A program made the translations under genes and the position numbers. DNA of 64,000 nucleotides from NCBI GenBank assembly GCA_028534125.1, contig CM052832.1, positions 13,642,001 through 13,706,000 of the forward strand. Reading direction: 5' to 3'. This DNA is from Lama glama (Eukaryota). How positions within the stretch are numbered: the first letter of the stretch is position 1; the number at the start of each line of letters is the position of its first letter. Positions 38,501 to 51,910 of the stretch are shown here, piece after piece. Below the pieces are notes generated by a model. It had not been told where the DNA came from, did no database searches, and was given only the letters and a program-made list of their open reading frames with translations.

Positions 38501-38615
38501 CAGTCTGGTTGTAGCGCATCCAGCTGAGGATCACCTCAGGGGCCCGGTACCAGCGGGTCACCACGTAGCCAGTCATCTCCGCATCTGCATGCCGCGCCAG
38601 CCCAAAATCCAAGAT
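38501..38615 (-). CDS. MAPK13: p38-delta exon 7 (activation loop)
   Basis: [43 protein letters not shown]| acceptor, |GTCAGT donor. Confidence 0.96.
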
Positions 38616-38739
38616 CTACGACTCGGGGGACATAGGGAGAAGGAGCTTGCAAGGAGAGGAGGCTCCTAGAGAAGCTTCTGGAGCTCCCACAGAGAGGGGC
38701 CCACCCCAAGCCCAGGCTAACCTGCCTGGGCCCGCTCAC

Positions 38740-38787
38740 CTTCAGCTCACAGTCCTCATTCACAGCGAGGTTGCCTGGCTTCAGGTC
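38740..38787 (-). CDS. MAPK13: p38-delta exon 6
   Basis: DLKPGNLAVNEDCELK; TTTAG| acceptor, |GTGAGC donor. Confidence 0.95.
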
Positions 38788-39174
38788 CTAAATGAGAGGA
38801 GAGAGTGAGCACTGGGCAGAGGCAGAGATGGGAGCTGTCCCAATCGGCTGCCACCCGGTGTGAGACCTCAGCTGGCCCCTTTCCCTCTTTCTAGGTGTCA
38901 GTCTCCTGTGCAGAATGATGGTTGGACTAGGTGTCCTTCAGGGCCCATCCATGTTGCTGACTCTTGGAGCCTGAAATACCCAGCTCAGGGCTTTGTTTGC
39001 AACATTTTCCCAGAAAGTTCCCCAGAACACTGCAATTCTTCTGAATAGACCTTCCTAAGCCAAGGTGGAGCCTGGAAAATCCACATTCCCTCCATTTCTC
39101 CCTGCCCCTGTGATGTGGAGAACCCTTCTAGGGGTGGGTGGGGCCTCTGAGGATGTAGCAGAGAAAGCACTCAC

Positions 39175-39204
39175 CCTGTGGATGACCCCAGCTGAGTGGA
39201 TGTA
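39175..39204 (-). CDS. MAPK13: p38-delta exon 5
   Basis: YIHSAGVIHR; ACACAG| acceptor, |GTGAGT donor. Confidence 0.95.
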
Positions 39205-39385
39205 CTGTGTTGGGGAGAGAGAGAGAAGGGTGGGTCCAGGTGAGCACCAGGTGTTGCAGGCTGACCCAGAGAGCTGCTCTGCCCTGTCACAGTGTGCTCT
39301 CCCAGCCTTCAAGGCCTGGCCTCCCCAGACCCCAGATCTCAACACCAAGCCCCCGTCCTCTGCCATCTTCCAGGGCCCCACCCAC

Positions 39386-39494
39386 CTTAAGACCCTTGAG
39401 CATCTGATACACCAGGTACTGAATCTTGTCCTCACTAAACTCCATCCCCATGATCTTCTGCAGGTCCGTCTGCATGAAGGGCATCACCAGGTAG
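39386..39494 (-). CDS. MAPK13: p38-delta exon 4
   Basis: [42 protein letters not shown]| acceptor, |GTGGGT donor. Confidence 0.96.
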
Positions 39495-40149
39495 CTGCAA
39501 GACACAAGGGCTTCTTGAACAGTCCCAGCCCTACCCAGCCCCAGGTCGGAGCTCAGAGGAGGGGTGAGGGCCTTAGAGATGACCTCTGTATATGAGAAGA
39601 ACCAGCCCCACCACCAGCAGCCAGACTCCCAAGCAGCGGGCCTCCTGGCTCCTGGCTCTCAGCCTGGCCCCAGCAGCCTCCCAGTTGGCAGAGCTTAGAG
39701 TATTTCAGCTGGAGCATGCTCAGAAAGACCAAACGGAGCAGTGTTCATCTCTTCAAAGGTGCCCTCTCCTTGCCCTCCTCCAAGCCCCACGGAAAGCCAT
39801 GCTGTGAGTTAGAAACATCTGCCAGTATTTCTGCTTCTGTACAAATATTTTCTCTCCCAGAGGGTCATGGCCCACTGAGATGGCTCCTCGACCATCTAAA
39901 AATGTCTTCCTCCACCCCCCGACCACCCCGCCAAGAAAAAGGTCTTCCTTCCAAGAAGGAAATAATAAAACAGTTTCCAGGAGGGTGGAAGAAGGAAGGA
40001 GATAGCTGAACCACTGCACCCTCTTAATGGGATTGCAAAACAGATCAAGGTCAGCAAAATGTAACTGTTACTCAAGGCAGTAACAGCAAAGTCCAGAACA
40101 AAAAAGATAATGATTTTTAAAGGAATTTTTTTAAAAAAAGGATATGGAG

Positions 40150-41525
40150 ACCATCTCTATGAGCCTGTCACTTTTGAAGTCTTCTTCCACCTGACCTCAC
40201 CCCGTCCCCGACGGACCCTGTTCAGTCCCCTCTCCACCTTTGAGTTTCACCTTTACATGGACCCTGATTCTTTCCTCGGTTGACAAACTTGCTGAAGTCT
40301 CATGGCGCTATAACTACCTTCCTTTGACTTTGTTTCTTCAAGTAATCACTCCTTCTCCCTTTCCCTCCCTGATCAAACTCCTAGAAAGAATGCTCCTCAC
40401 CTGTGACCCCACTGCCTTAACTTCCAGTCCCAGTCCTGGCAACTGGTGTCTGCTCCTGCCCCACCGCCAGTGCTGCTCAACTAAAGTCACACACATGCAC
40501 ACACAGCTCTCTTTCTACTGAACCTTTTGCAAAGTCTGACACTCCCTCAAGATTCTCTGCTCTGCCACTTCTACCACTGATCAGGCTCTCTCACCTCTCC
40601 ACCTGTTCATCCTCTTGTACTTTCTCTTAAATATTGTTGTCTTACAACAGTATAGCATCATGTTCTATACTAACCTGTTCCTGGGCTTCGGCTATCATCC
40701 ATGGGTGATTATTCCAGCCCAGACCCACATCCCTAGCCCAGACCTTCCTTAGCGCCAGGTTTATTTGCAATTGCTGATTAAACACTTGAATGTTCATAAG
40801 CTCTTCAAAAATGAAGTGTCCAAAATGGAGTTCATTATCTTTCTCTCAGGATCTGTCTGCCCTCCACCTAGTATTCCAAGCAGGAACCTGGCATCCCCTG
40901 TTCTACGTCACCCCTCCCAGCCACTGCATCCCAAGGGATACAACATTCTGACAGTCCTGCCTCTCAATGGGTCTCAAGTCTGCTCTTGGTGTCCCATCAC
41001 CTCTGCTTTATTTAGATCAAGGTCTGGGTCTCAAACACTACTCTCCATGTTCCCCGCCTCCCAGAGTTGCTCCCCACCCCTTTCTCACTGCTGCCAGAGT
41101 GCATCCCCAAAATCTAATCTGACTACATTACCTCCCTGCTCAAAACCTCTGTGGACTTAAGGCTGCCTGTGGGACCAAGTCCGGACTCAGCCTGACCAAA
41201 CCAGCTGCTGGCCTCCACTAGCCACACTGAACTTCTCAGGATTGCCCAAATGGTCCAGTCTCTTTCATGCATCATGGTCTTTGTCCATGCAGTTCCTTCC
41301 ACAGAATGCTGTTAGCCCCTTCTACCTCAGGCAAATGTCTACTCATCCATCAGGACTGAGTTCTGAGTTGCCTCCTTTCTGAAGCCCACTGAGGCAGCTT
41401 GCAATTCACAGCTCTCCACCCAGACCCAAAGCACTGACCACCAGTGCCGTTATTCACCACTGCCAGCCTCTAAAGGGCTGGTCCACTTTAAATTTCCAAT
41501 GCTAAGCACAGCAGCTAGCATCATA
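40150..41525 (+). mobile_element. Degenerate L2 LINE in MAPK13 intron 3
   Basis: Pyrimidine-rich L2-like motifs (tgtccaaaatggagttcattatctt; aaaatctaatctgactaca...ctgctcaaaacctc). Confidence 0.6.
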
Positions 41526-42133
41526 GGAAAAATCTCCATTTAAAATCATTGCATTATACTGTGTGGGTGTTGGGGGGGTGCATCCTAACAAAGAGACCTG
41601 CAGCTGCATTTGAAATAGGATTGGAAAAAAAAAAAAGCCACCTTCCCAAAGGTTCCTAAATTTTAGACCACGTACTGCACTAGCAAAGCCATGGAACTAA
41701 AATTTTCCTTTCTTTGTGGCTCTGTCAAATATCACATCAGCCAGAGGCAGCCAAGGCTTCCTGATCCTCACTTTATGCTAGGGAGAGCCCAAGGTCCAGA
41801 CCCACACCTGCGCCCCCAGGGAATGGTGTGGTAAGTTGATGCAAACCCTGTGGGGACTGGCAATAATATCTGGGCAATAAAGCTGGGTAAAGCAAAGCAG
41901 ATGACAGACAGCTCCGTATCAGGCAAGCACCCCACAAGCCCCTCCCACTTCTTCCTCCCTCCATTTCTCTCCACCCTTGGCTTAAAGAATCTCTCCACAG
42001 CCCAAAGGCACAGGGACTCCTGGGGCAGGAAGCACCTTTACCCAGAAAAGAGAATCTGGACCCTCTCCTTACTTGCTCCCCAGTGGCAAGTAAGGCCTGC
42101 AAATGTCCTGGAACCCACGGCAGCCCGACTCAC

Positions 42134-42192
42134 AAGTCATGGAAGTTGCGCAAGGAGGAGGCTGGGGTAAAGACATCCAGAAGCCCGATGAC
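42134..42192 (-). CDS. MAPK13: p38-delta exon 3
   Basis: VIGLLDVFTPASSLRNFHDF; CCTCAG| acceptor, |GTGAGT donor. Confidence 0.95.
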
Positions 42193-42814
42193 CTGAGGAG
42201 AGGTTGCCAGTGAGGGCTAGGCAGCTGCTGCTGCCCTCTGCTCCCCTCCTCTGGGGCCACAGCCCTGCACCTGTCCTTTCCAAAACACCATCTCCAGCAG
42301 GAGGCAGGTTCCCAGCCTCGGAAGCAATAAAGGGGGCAGAGGTGGAAGAGGAATTCCCCAAATTGGGAGGGAGTTTGCAGGGCACAGTGATGGAGAGTCA
42401 GGCTGGGGAGAGGGGGAGGTGGACATTCCTGTGCTTACTACCCCAAGTCTGGTGGTCAGGACAAGCACACAAACCCACTCTCAACTCAGGCCAAGAACCA
42501 CAAGTGAAGAAGGGAAACAAGGAGGGGCCTTCCAGTCAGCAGGCTGCCTGCTCTGGACCTTGGGTATCCTACCATATCCAACCATGCCTGACAAAGGGCT
42601 GGTTTGGAGCTGGGGGCAAAATTGCCCCTGGCTGGAGGCCACGGAGAGGGGTTTGCTGAAGAGCAATGGGACTTGAAATGTACGCAATATTTTGAAATCA
42701 TTATTTTGAATGTTTGCCTTCCAATCTAGGTATCCTGGAACAAAGCCTGGGTGCCAGGCCCAGCACTGGGTCACTAGTTTTCCTGGCTGTTTCAATCAGA
42801 TGGGACAGTCTAGA

Positions 42815-43020
42815 GGTTAGGCACTGAGGCTTGCAGCCAGCTCTGCCACTGACTAACCATATAACCTGTGAGTCTTTTTGTGCCTCAGTTTCCCCATTGA
42901 AGTAATAGTACTTATCTTATGTGATATTGTGAGGATTAAACAAGTTAGTTTATGCAAAGTTCTTAGAATTGTGCCTGGCACAAAGTAAATGCTCAATAAG
43001 TATCACTGTATTATTATTGT
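42815..43020 (+). mobile_element. MIR SINE in MAPK13 intron 2
   Basis: ctctgccactgactaac...gtgcctcagtttcccc...gtgaggattaaa...gtgcctggcacaaagtaaatgctcaataa. Confidence 0.8.
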
Positions 43021-43400
43021 TGTTAATATTAACAGGGCCACATGTGAAAACAATATTAACTAGGATTCCAGCTCTCAGATCTAGAACAACTACAAAGTTC
43101 TTCTGTGTCCATTTCCTCGTAACAGTGAGACGGTAAGTTTGCACCTCACAAAGCTTGTTCTGCTCTCTTGCCAAAAATTCCCTTTGCACCCTTTCAGGTC
43201 CTGGCACCTGATTGTAATAATTAGGTAAGGAACAAGGGCCAGAGGAACAGGGAGGAGACTCCCCTTCTGCTGGCCCTGTCAGGAGCTCCCTGTACTCTCT
43301 CAGGCCATTTCCCACACATACGGAGGGGCCTGGTCAAGACCCTCTCTGGGGCCACCCTCGGCTCCCTGCCTCCCCAGAGCAGCTCCCAGGCCCAGCCTAC

Positions 43401-43530
43401 ATTCTCATGCTGCATGTGTTTCAGCAGCAGCAGCTCTCGATAGGCACGCTTGGCAAAGATCTCAGACTGGAAGGGCCGGCTCAGCTTCTTGATGGCCACC
43501 TTCTCCCCTGACCGCTTGTCGATGGCGGAG
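43401..43530 (-). CDS. MAPK13: p38-delta exon 2
   Basis: [49 protein letters not shown]| acceptor, |GTAGGC donor. Confidence 0.96.
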
Positions 43531-44149
43531 CTGTAGGGGCACAGGCAGGTCAGCAGGCAGCGGCTTCTTCCCTGGCAGCCCAGACTCCAGATCCTGGGTG
43601 GTATCTCCCAGGCCATCTGGGGAGTCATGGCCACCCTCACCCCAGTCCCTCTTGGCCAGTCGGCTAGGCTAGGAAGAACTGATGCCCACCACCTGAAAAG
43701 TGAGGGAGAAGCTGAAAGCACAGTGGGGGGAGGGGGTGGCAGAACCTGAGAGACGTGCAGTGCACCAGGATCAGACACAGGTTAATGCCAACAGGATCCA
43801 GAGTCCAGAGGGAGTCTCACTCTGTGCAACTTGGTGAATCACTTCTCCCTGTTTGGGCCTCAGTGTACCCATTTGTAACAAAAGGGATTCACCCGCATGA
43901 ACTCTGGGGTCCCCTGTAAGATTCAAGTCCTGGAGAACCAGATCCAGTCCTAATTCAACCCACAGAGACCCTACCAAGCCGGTGAGAAAAGTGAGATCGC
44001 GCCTGGAGCGGCCCTGGGCCAGCCTGCACAGTCTGAGGCTTCTCGCTCCTACTCTACCTCGATGCCCAGCTTGCCACCTCCTCCCAGCTCCAGGGCTCAT
44101 CCCGGAAAAGCCTCGCGAAGTTCTTCCAAGCCCGCAGGGCTCTGAGCCT

Positions 44150-44860
44150 TAGGATCCTCGATCAAAGTGGGAGGCGCACAGCCCCGAGCGCCCAGTAGGA
44201 GAGGGGACACCGGAGGCGGGTCTGGGAAGGGGGCATTAATCGGGCCCCAGATCTCCGGGAGGCTCCACCGGCGTCCCGCCCGCGGTCCGACCCGACGCCC
44301 CGGGCGTCCCCCCGCCATCCCCAGCGGGCGCGCAGGCCCGGGGGTCTCACCACACGGCGCCGTAGGCCCCACTGCCTACGTGGGTCAGGGACACGTAGGT
44401 CTTGGGCAGCTCCCAGGCGGTCTTGTTGACGTCCTGCTTGTAGAAACCCCTTTTCCGGGTGAGGCTCATCCCGGGCACCCAACCTTGGCGGCCCCAGCAC
44501 AGTGGCCGCGTTCGAGGCCCGCCGCGCTCCCAGCACCCGACCCCCGCCCGCGGTCCCCGCAGAGCCCGCCCCGCGCCGCGCTCCTCCCCCGCGTGAGGGC
44601 GGGGCCCCCGGCCGGCCGCGCGTCCCACCTGCCGGCTCGCCCAGGTGCGCCGCGTGGCCACGCCCAGGCCTGCCCAACGGCCCGCGCTGGGGAGCCCCAG
44701 ATTTCCGCCAGCCCTGGAGTGTGGGGCCCGGCCACAGACCAGCCAGCAGCGGCAGGTGCGCTGCCCTGCAGGAAGGGGCGCTTCCCGCCCAGTGCTGGAG
44801 TGGGGCTGGGGGCCGATAGACCCGAGGGGCTCCCGCTGAAGGCGGAGGACTAGAAGACAG
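44150..44860. promoter_or_regulatory. MAPK13 CpG island / promoter
   Basis: CpG-dense region spanning exon 1; GC box GGGCGG at 44597-44602; KLF-type CCACGCCC at 44658-44665; three CAGGTG/CACCTG E-boxes. Confidence 0.88.
44351..44469 (-). CDS. MAPK13: p38-delta exon 1
   Basis: [39 protein letters not shown](C); donor TG|GTGAGA. Confidence 0.96.
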
Positions 44861-45969
44861 GGCCCCCTAGCTCCCTCCTGAGAGGGACTCAGTAGGAAGA
44901 GCTCCTGCAGATTTTGAAGACAATTTTGGGAAAACAAAACAAAACCCCACAACCTTTGGATTATAGAAGACTTCAAACATGTACAAAAGGAGACGAAACA
45001 GCCCAGCGCTTCTCACATTTGGATGTGCATACGAATCCCATGGGGATTTTATTTTATTAAATGCAGATTCTGATTCAGTAGGTCTGGGGTGGAGCCAAGA
45101 TTCTGCATTTATAGCCATCTCCCAGGTCCAGAGGATCACACTTTTATAGGGAGGTTCTAATGACCCTGCATGGCTCCAATCCCACAGCTTCAACAACAGT
45201 ATCAACTCTTGGTCAATTTTGTTTCATCTACATCCTTCTTCTCCTATTATTTTAAAGCAAAGTCAGGTATCAAATAATTTCATCCATAAATATTTTTGTA
45301 TCTCTAAAAGATAAGCATTATTTTAAAAACATAACCACAATATCATTACACCTAAAATTAACAACAGTAATTGTGTAATAGCAACTATCCAGTCTAGGTT
45401 CAGATTTCCAATTTTGAACATAGTGCTTGCTGCTGGCTTCCTAATGCCTCATGAGGACAATGACAAGCCAAAGCCTTCTGCCACCTGTTTCTGGTGACTT
45501 GTGCAGCCTGAAGAAGATTCTGCGCTAAAATTGAGTCACAGATTCCCCCCCAGGAACAGGGTTGGGGGCAGAGAAGGGCCGCAGGAGGTCCAGATGCCTG
45601 GCCTGATTTTCTGACCCCTAGCTGGCCTGGGAATGGGTTGATGAAAGGAATGGGGACTACTTGCTTCACTTTGTCAGCAGGAGAGGGTGTCTTCAATAAG
45701 GAAAGGAACTTGCCTGTGGCCTACAGAAAGCTGGGGGCCCTCACTAGGGAGTGTCTGGAACCCGAATCCTGTGCCACAGCCCCTCCCATGCTGTGCTGCA
45801 GCATCAGGCACAGACTAGAAGATCACTGGGGGGTGGGGGTCCAGGGACCCCACAGAAATGCCCAACAGGCATTGTAGGCAGGGAATCTGTCATATTCATA
45901 TCTGGCAGGCAGTAGGATATCAAAAACTGCATGGAGAATGAATGGAAGAGTCTGCCCATTAGAAGTGAA

Positions 45970-46230
45970 AAATACTTATTCAATGAGCGCTTGTGTTTGC
46001 CATGTGCCGGTCATTATTCCCAGTGTTTTACGTGTACTACTCCCCTAATCCTAGTAAGAGGTAGTAAGAGGCCTCTGAGTCGGTAGTAGTATTATCCTCA
46101 TTTTAGAGATGAGGAACCTGAGGTACAGAGACTTTAAGTAACTTGCTGAAGGTGACACTGCTGGTTAGGGGCAGAGCTGGGTTGAAGAAGCTAGTACAGC
46201 CTGGTTCTAGGGTCCGCTCTCTGTCTGCTC
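45970..46230 (-). mobile_element. MIR SINE
   Basis: attatcctcattttagagatgaggaacctgaggtacagagactttaagtaacttgctgaaggtgacac. Confidence 0.8.
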
Positions 46231-48955
46231 TAAGGCTATGCAGCATCTCAGGGTTGAGAGACATTGCTCCTCAAAGGAAGTAGCCTCCATTTCATCTGCC
46301 TCACCCATCGTGAGGACATGACTACTGATCAAACCGTGTCTCCCTCAGTACATCCTGCCCTGGGGATCTGACATATTCTCCACCCTCTCCCCGCCCCACC
46401 CCCTACTCCAGCCCTGAGACCCCGTGGGAGGGAAAGGGAAAGGACTGCAAGCCTGGGAGGGTTGCGGGAGTTTTCGACCTTTAGGGTTGAAGGTGCCAGT
46501 GGAAGGCACTTGGATTCTGAAGTTGGGGTGGGATCCTGGAGTGGGAAGCCAGAGTCTAGGGCTGAGCACAGGCAAGAGAGTGGTGTCCAGGAGAGTCAGA
46601 TTTCCTTCAGGGTTGAAGATCCAGTTCTCCAGGGTAGGGTCGGGACTTGAGCCTTTGTGTTATGTCTCAAAAACCTGAGTGTGGCAGAGGTGAGCCCAGA
46701 AAGGTGAGAAATACCAGGGAAATGCTCATTGCCCAAGTGGGTGCAATCCTGCGAGGGCATGAGCTGGCCACTCAGGCTGTGGCTCTGGATGCCTCTTAAG
46801 CAATGGTCAGGAAGTGACTCAGGCCTCAGACTCTGCTGACATTGACCCCCTCCTCAGGCCTCAGCTGGACTGGTATTTACTCAGCAGCCAGGCAGCTTTG
46901 GAGAGATGTACCATGGACGATCCTTTCTAGGGAGTCATGAATGGGAGAGAAAGAGGGGGTTGCTGAGGACATCCTGGGTGCTCCCCTCCCACAGTCCCAG
47001 GGCTCTCTTCTCTGAGCTCCAGGGCCCCTGTGCTCTTCTCCTGCCAGACACTGGCGTAACGTTGTGGTGTTGGTTTCTGCCCTATTAACATCGAGTCAGG
47101 GGGTTAAACCAACTTTGGAAGGAGACCTGAATTTCCATCCTGCCTCTGCAGTACCAGTTGTATGACCCAGGACAAAGTTCCTTGCCCTCTCTGAGTTTCA
47201 GTGTCCTCCTTGTAAAATGGAAATCACATTAAAGCATGACGAGTATATTTGAAGAGTCCTGGGAATGTATCGTTCCAAGTGCAGTATAACAACAACCCAG
47301 AGGTAGGGACTGTCAATGCCTCCAGCCAAAGATCCTCAGAAACACACCTGTGGGGAAACGAACTGGGTTTGTCATTAGTTGCACGGAGGAGAACATGCAC
47401 ACAGGAATCAGGGCACGTCTCGGTAAGAGGGTGTTGGAAAGCACATATTATAAGATTTGGGCTTATGTTAGGTGACTTCGTGGAGGATATAAGGAAGCTG
47501 GACTTTGTTCTGGATTAGGTTCCATCAGGAAGTAGAGGTGATTCTCTGATTAGGTATCTTAATATATCTTACCTGGAAGGAGGGCCAACTAGAATGAGGA
47601 GAGAACCGTAATTGGTAATGTAGCAGCCTTCACTCAGAGTAGCTGCAGGGGGGTGTTTGGTCATGTTTGTGGTCTGGACAATACTCATATTTTCTCTGTG
47701 CTCAGATGTGATTACAGAGTGTCTTGTTTTTGTCTTGATCTGTTGTGGTCACAGACAGTTTGTCTGCATTTAGCAGGAGCACGTAACATGAGCTGGGCCG
47801 GGCCAGCTCCGAGCAACAACAAGGTCCGGCTGATGGGACTGGGCAGTTCCTGGATGTCAGGATACCACTGTTATCCTAGCACAGATGGAGTCGCTGAGGC
47901 CCAGAGGCAATGACTAATTTGCCCAAAGTTATACATGACCAAGAAGGTGGTGGACACAGTCTTCAAACCTGGCGTCCTGCTCTAGAGTCTGCCTGTTTAA
48001 CCACCAGCCAGACTGTCCGCGGCCCAGCAAGTGCCCGAGAAGTGGCTGTTCTTATAAGGCTGTCTTCCGAGCGAGGCTGTGAGCCTCTAGAGGGCAAGGA
48101 CGGCTAACTAGCTTCTTAGAAACTGAGGCAAAAGCCCTACGTGATGATGAGGCTGGCTGCCCGTAATCCTGGCCACGGAGGCGCCATCTGGCCTCAGAAG
48201 TCTGGCAGCTCCTCAAACACCACAGCCCTCTCTGCGCCAAACAGCAGGGCCAGCAACTGAAACTCGCACCTTCACTGGCTGTGGAGACCTCTACAAAGGA
48301 GGAATTATGACCTGCCTGGGGTCTCCTAGGGATGAGACAGCAAGGGAGCCCAAGAGCTCTGGCCCCAGCTCTTGAGAGGTTCTCATGCTCCTTAGGGCTT
48401 TTCAAGACTCCACAAAGCAATCAAAATTGTCAGGAGGTGGAGAGATGCAGAGTGAGGGCATGTGGGGCCTGCTCTGTGGCTTGTTAGCCTCTCGAAGTCT
48501 CAAGTTTCCCCATCTGTAAAATGAGAGTAAGTAACAGTACCCACCTCATGGGGTCGTCATGAGGACTAAAAGAGATGACAGGAGAAGTGTCTGAGATTCA
48601 GGGCCTGGCACATAGTAGGTGTTCCCCCAAGCTCCTTCCTCAGTGCTGTCCAGCTTTGCCCCCCAGGCCCGGGTATCCTGGCTGCTCTGCCCTCAGCCCC
48701 AGCCTTTTTGCTGTTCAGTCCCTGCCACAGCAGGAGCCCCTTAGTCGACTCCAACTCACATCAAACTCCTTTATCGAGTTTTTGCCAAATTCCCAGCCCA
48801 AGCATTCATCCACCCATTTATTCAACATTTGCTGTGCGCCAGGGACTGATCTAGGTGCCGAAGATGTAGCAGAAATGCAACAGATAAAAGTCCCTGCTGG
48901 GTGGAGCTGACATTCTAGTGGAGGAGGCAGATGAAAGACCAGTGAACAAACATAG

Positions 48956-49015
48956 TATTGGGTTGAATCATCTGAAATTGCTGACATTTGACAACTTTAT
49001 ATGATTCAACCAAAA
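48956..49015. mobile_element. MADE2-like mariner MITE inside an L2
   Basis: Inverted termini ttgggttgaatcat / atgattcaaccaa about 60 bp apart. Confidence 0.6.
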
Positions 49016-51910
49016 GTAATGTCAGGTAGCGTTAAGTGCTATGGAGAAAATACTGCTGAGTAAGGATATAAAGAAGGACTGTGAGCACGGTTTTAGATGG
49101 GGCTGGCGTAGCAGGGAGGCAGGGAAGGTCTGTCTGAGGAGGCGACACTGGAGCATCTGAATTCAGGGCAAGGGAACTCTGGGGGATGAGCAGGTGTCTG
49201 CCTTCCAAACTTGTCCACTCTGTTCCCACGTCTGACCTGCCTTCCAGTCTCATTCCTCCCGTGCCACCCCCTCCCCCCAACTCCAACAGTCTCTGCTAAG
49301 TCCTCCAGCTCAGAACACCTGGGGCAGCTTACTGGCCTCAGGCTTAATGGGTCCATTTTTCCGCAGAACACCTTCCTCTTCCAGGGGACTCAGGGCCTGA
49401 ACAGAACATCCATCCCAAGAGCAGAGTTATCAGGCGCCCTTCACCCTTCAGCTGTTCCCTCAGCCTCCCTGCCCTTCACCTTGACCGAGTCCTCCCTGCC
49501 TGCCCTCAGAGTTAGCACCCTGGTGGAGGACAGGGATAGAGACAGCTCTGCTAGAGCAGTACCTCCCAGCCAGCCTTCATGGGACCCAGGAAGTAGACCC
49601 CCCCTTCCTCACATCCTACACCACCCCGTCCTTCACACCCCCGCTACTCCTCCTCAAGACCCACCTCCTTCAACCAGCCTGCAGGACAGGCCCTCTGTCC
49701 TTGACCCAACCCTGTGAAGATGTGGCCAGGGATCTGTCTGGTGGAATATTCCAGCGATGTTGAGGCCTCTGCCCCCCTTTGATCTCTGCACGGTCTTTTG
49801 TAGCAATCAGCACGCTTTTAACTAGTCTGCGTTGCCCTCTGTAAGATGCCCATCTCCACCAATGGAGAAACCAGCTCCGTGAGGGCAAGGATGGTACCTT
49901 GGTCACTGCTGAGCCCCTGGCACTATTCTGGCTCACACTGGGTGCTCAGTAAATATTTAGTGTGACCAAAGATTTTTGTGTCTCTTGTGGGTACAAGGGA
50001 CAGTGAGGGGATGTGGTTTGAAGACACAAATGGTGGAAGTACAGGAATAACAGTGGGGGAATACGCTTGGAACCAGCCTCCTGGGAGGTGTCTGGGTTGT
50101 GTGGTCTCTGTCAGGTGGGCACCATCTGGCCTGGAGGTGTGGCTTCCACTTTCTCTCCCTGTTCCCTGAGGCAAGACCCATGGGTGTTATGCTGTGTGTG
50201 CAAGGCTGGACCTGTGTGTGGTGGTAAAAGGCTCTTGGTTAAGAACCAGGGTGCACAACCAGAATTTGGGGAACTTTTTTCTCGCCAAGAGGTTGCACCA
50301 AACTTCATTACAAACAGGCCCCTCCCTGTCTCACTGCTCCCACTGAGATTCTGGATAAGCCAGACGCTCCACACTTTGGAATTGCCCTTTCTTCCTGGTC
50401 TTTAAAGTTCAGCTCCAAACTCACCTCTTCAGGGAGGTGTTCCTGAGTGAACTGCAGACCTGCTCCCCTCAGGAACACTGTATACACCCTCCCGACCCAA
50501 GATCTTGGCTGCCTGCAGCCACACGCCCCCAGGCTTTGTGACATCCACGTTCTTGGAAGGACTAGTACTTTGGTGAGCCAGAGAAGAGTAGCTGAGGACT
50601 GCGAGGCAGAACTGGGTTTGACTCTCACGCCAACGCTTACAGCTGTGTGACCTTGCACAGGTGACTGCATGTCTCTGAGCTTCCTAATCAGTACGATAGG
50701 ACAGCAACACCCACCTGGCAATGAGACTGTGGAAGCAAGGTTGCAGGCCTTGTGCATGGTGCTCCTTCCTGCCCTTCAGGACTGCCACACATCACCTCCT
50801 CTGAGAGTCCTCCCTGACCCATCAAAGCCCGGCCCCACCTGTCTTTCCCGGCCTCATTTTCCTTCAAGCCATTGTGTATCTTATATATACACTTACAAAT
50901 GTCAGCTCTACAAAGGTAGGCATTTTGTCTATTTTGTTCGTTGCTGAATCCCAAGTTCCTAGAGCAGTGCCTGGCATCCAGTGACTGATCGAATGGCAGG
51001 TACGTAGTAGGGGCTTTATAAACAGGAGCTACTATTATTACCGTACGTCTTTGTCTTGTTTGTTTGCAACTGATAGTTTGGTGGAAGTCACCTTCATGCC
51101 TGGGGCAGTGCTGGCTCAAATGACCTGCCAAACCTTGGTAATAGGGTCACTGTGCTGCCTGGGCTCCTGAGTGACCTGCCCCAGGCAGAGGCAGCTCTGT
51201 ACCTGGAGGACACCTCAACAACCAGCCGTTCCAGGCCAGAGGCCACTGGGTCAGCCTCCTATGTACACAGCCAACACCAAGACACATGGATCAAACCCAG
51301 GAGTCCCATGACCTTTGTCAGGTCAAAGAAATCCAGACAAGACTAGTGGGGCTACCTGCCATGGCAGAGGCGTGGGCTCTGAGTACCACTCTGCCTCAAC
51401 TCCCTGGGTGACCTGAAGTCACATTGCCTCCCTGCGTACTTCAGTTTTCTATTTTACATGTTTAACAACTATTGACAGAACACTAGTTACTTGTCAAAAA
51501 TTGTTCTAAGAGCTTAAGTACATGTAACTCATTTAATCCTCTCAAGAACCGTTTGAGATGGGCTAATAATATCCTTCATTTTACATAGGACAAACATGAG
51601 TCACAGAGAGGTGAAGTGACTTGCCCAAGGTCACGCAGCTAGTAAATAAATAGCAGAGCCAGGATTCAAGCCCAGGAGTCTCGCTGCAGAGTCAGTGTTG
51701 GTAATCACTATGCTCAGCTGCACTGAATGGTGCCTGTGAAGGGCCAGTCTGCCTGTTAGGAATCTGGGTTTACTTCAGATGGTGGCTCCATTATTTGGCA
51801 CACACTCATTTTCTTAAAGGTTCCAGTTAGCTTCCCTAAACAAGAATCTCCCCTCCTGCTCTTCTCCAAATTGAGTAACTGATTTCCCCTTACTTCCAGA
51901 AGAAAACAGC

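Larger units (their letters stand above)
36688..44469 (-). other. MAPK13: MAPK13 (p38-delta) complete coding span, 12 exons, 1101 nt, 366 aa
   Basis: Exon lengths 119+130+59+109+30+48+115+72+80+79+177+83 = 1101 nt, all GT-AG, frame continuous; kinase motifs GSGAYG, VAIKK, HRDLKPGN, DFG, TGY, APE present. Confidence 0.97.

Noticed and set aside
44097..44976. Long overlapping ORFs and an apparent 169-aa N-terminal extension of MAPK13
   Set aside because: CpG-island effect; the extension does not begin at an ATG and the conserved p38-delta start is at 44469
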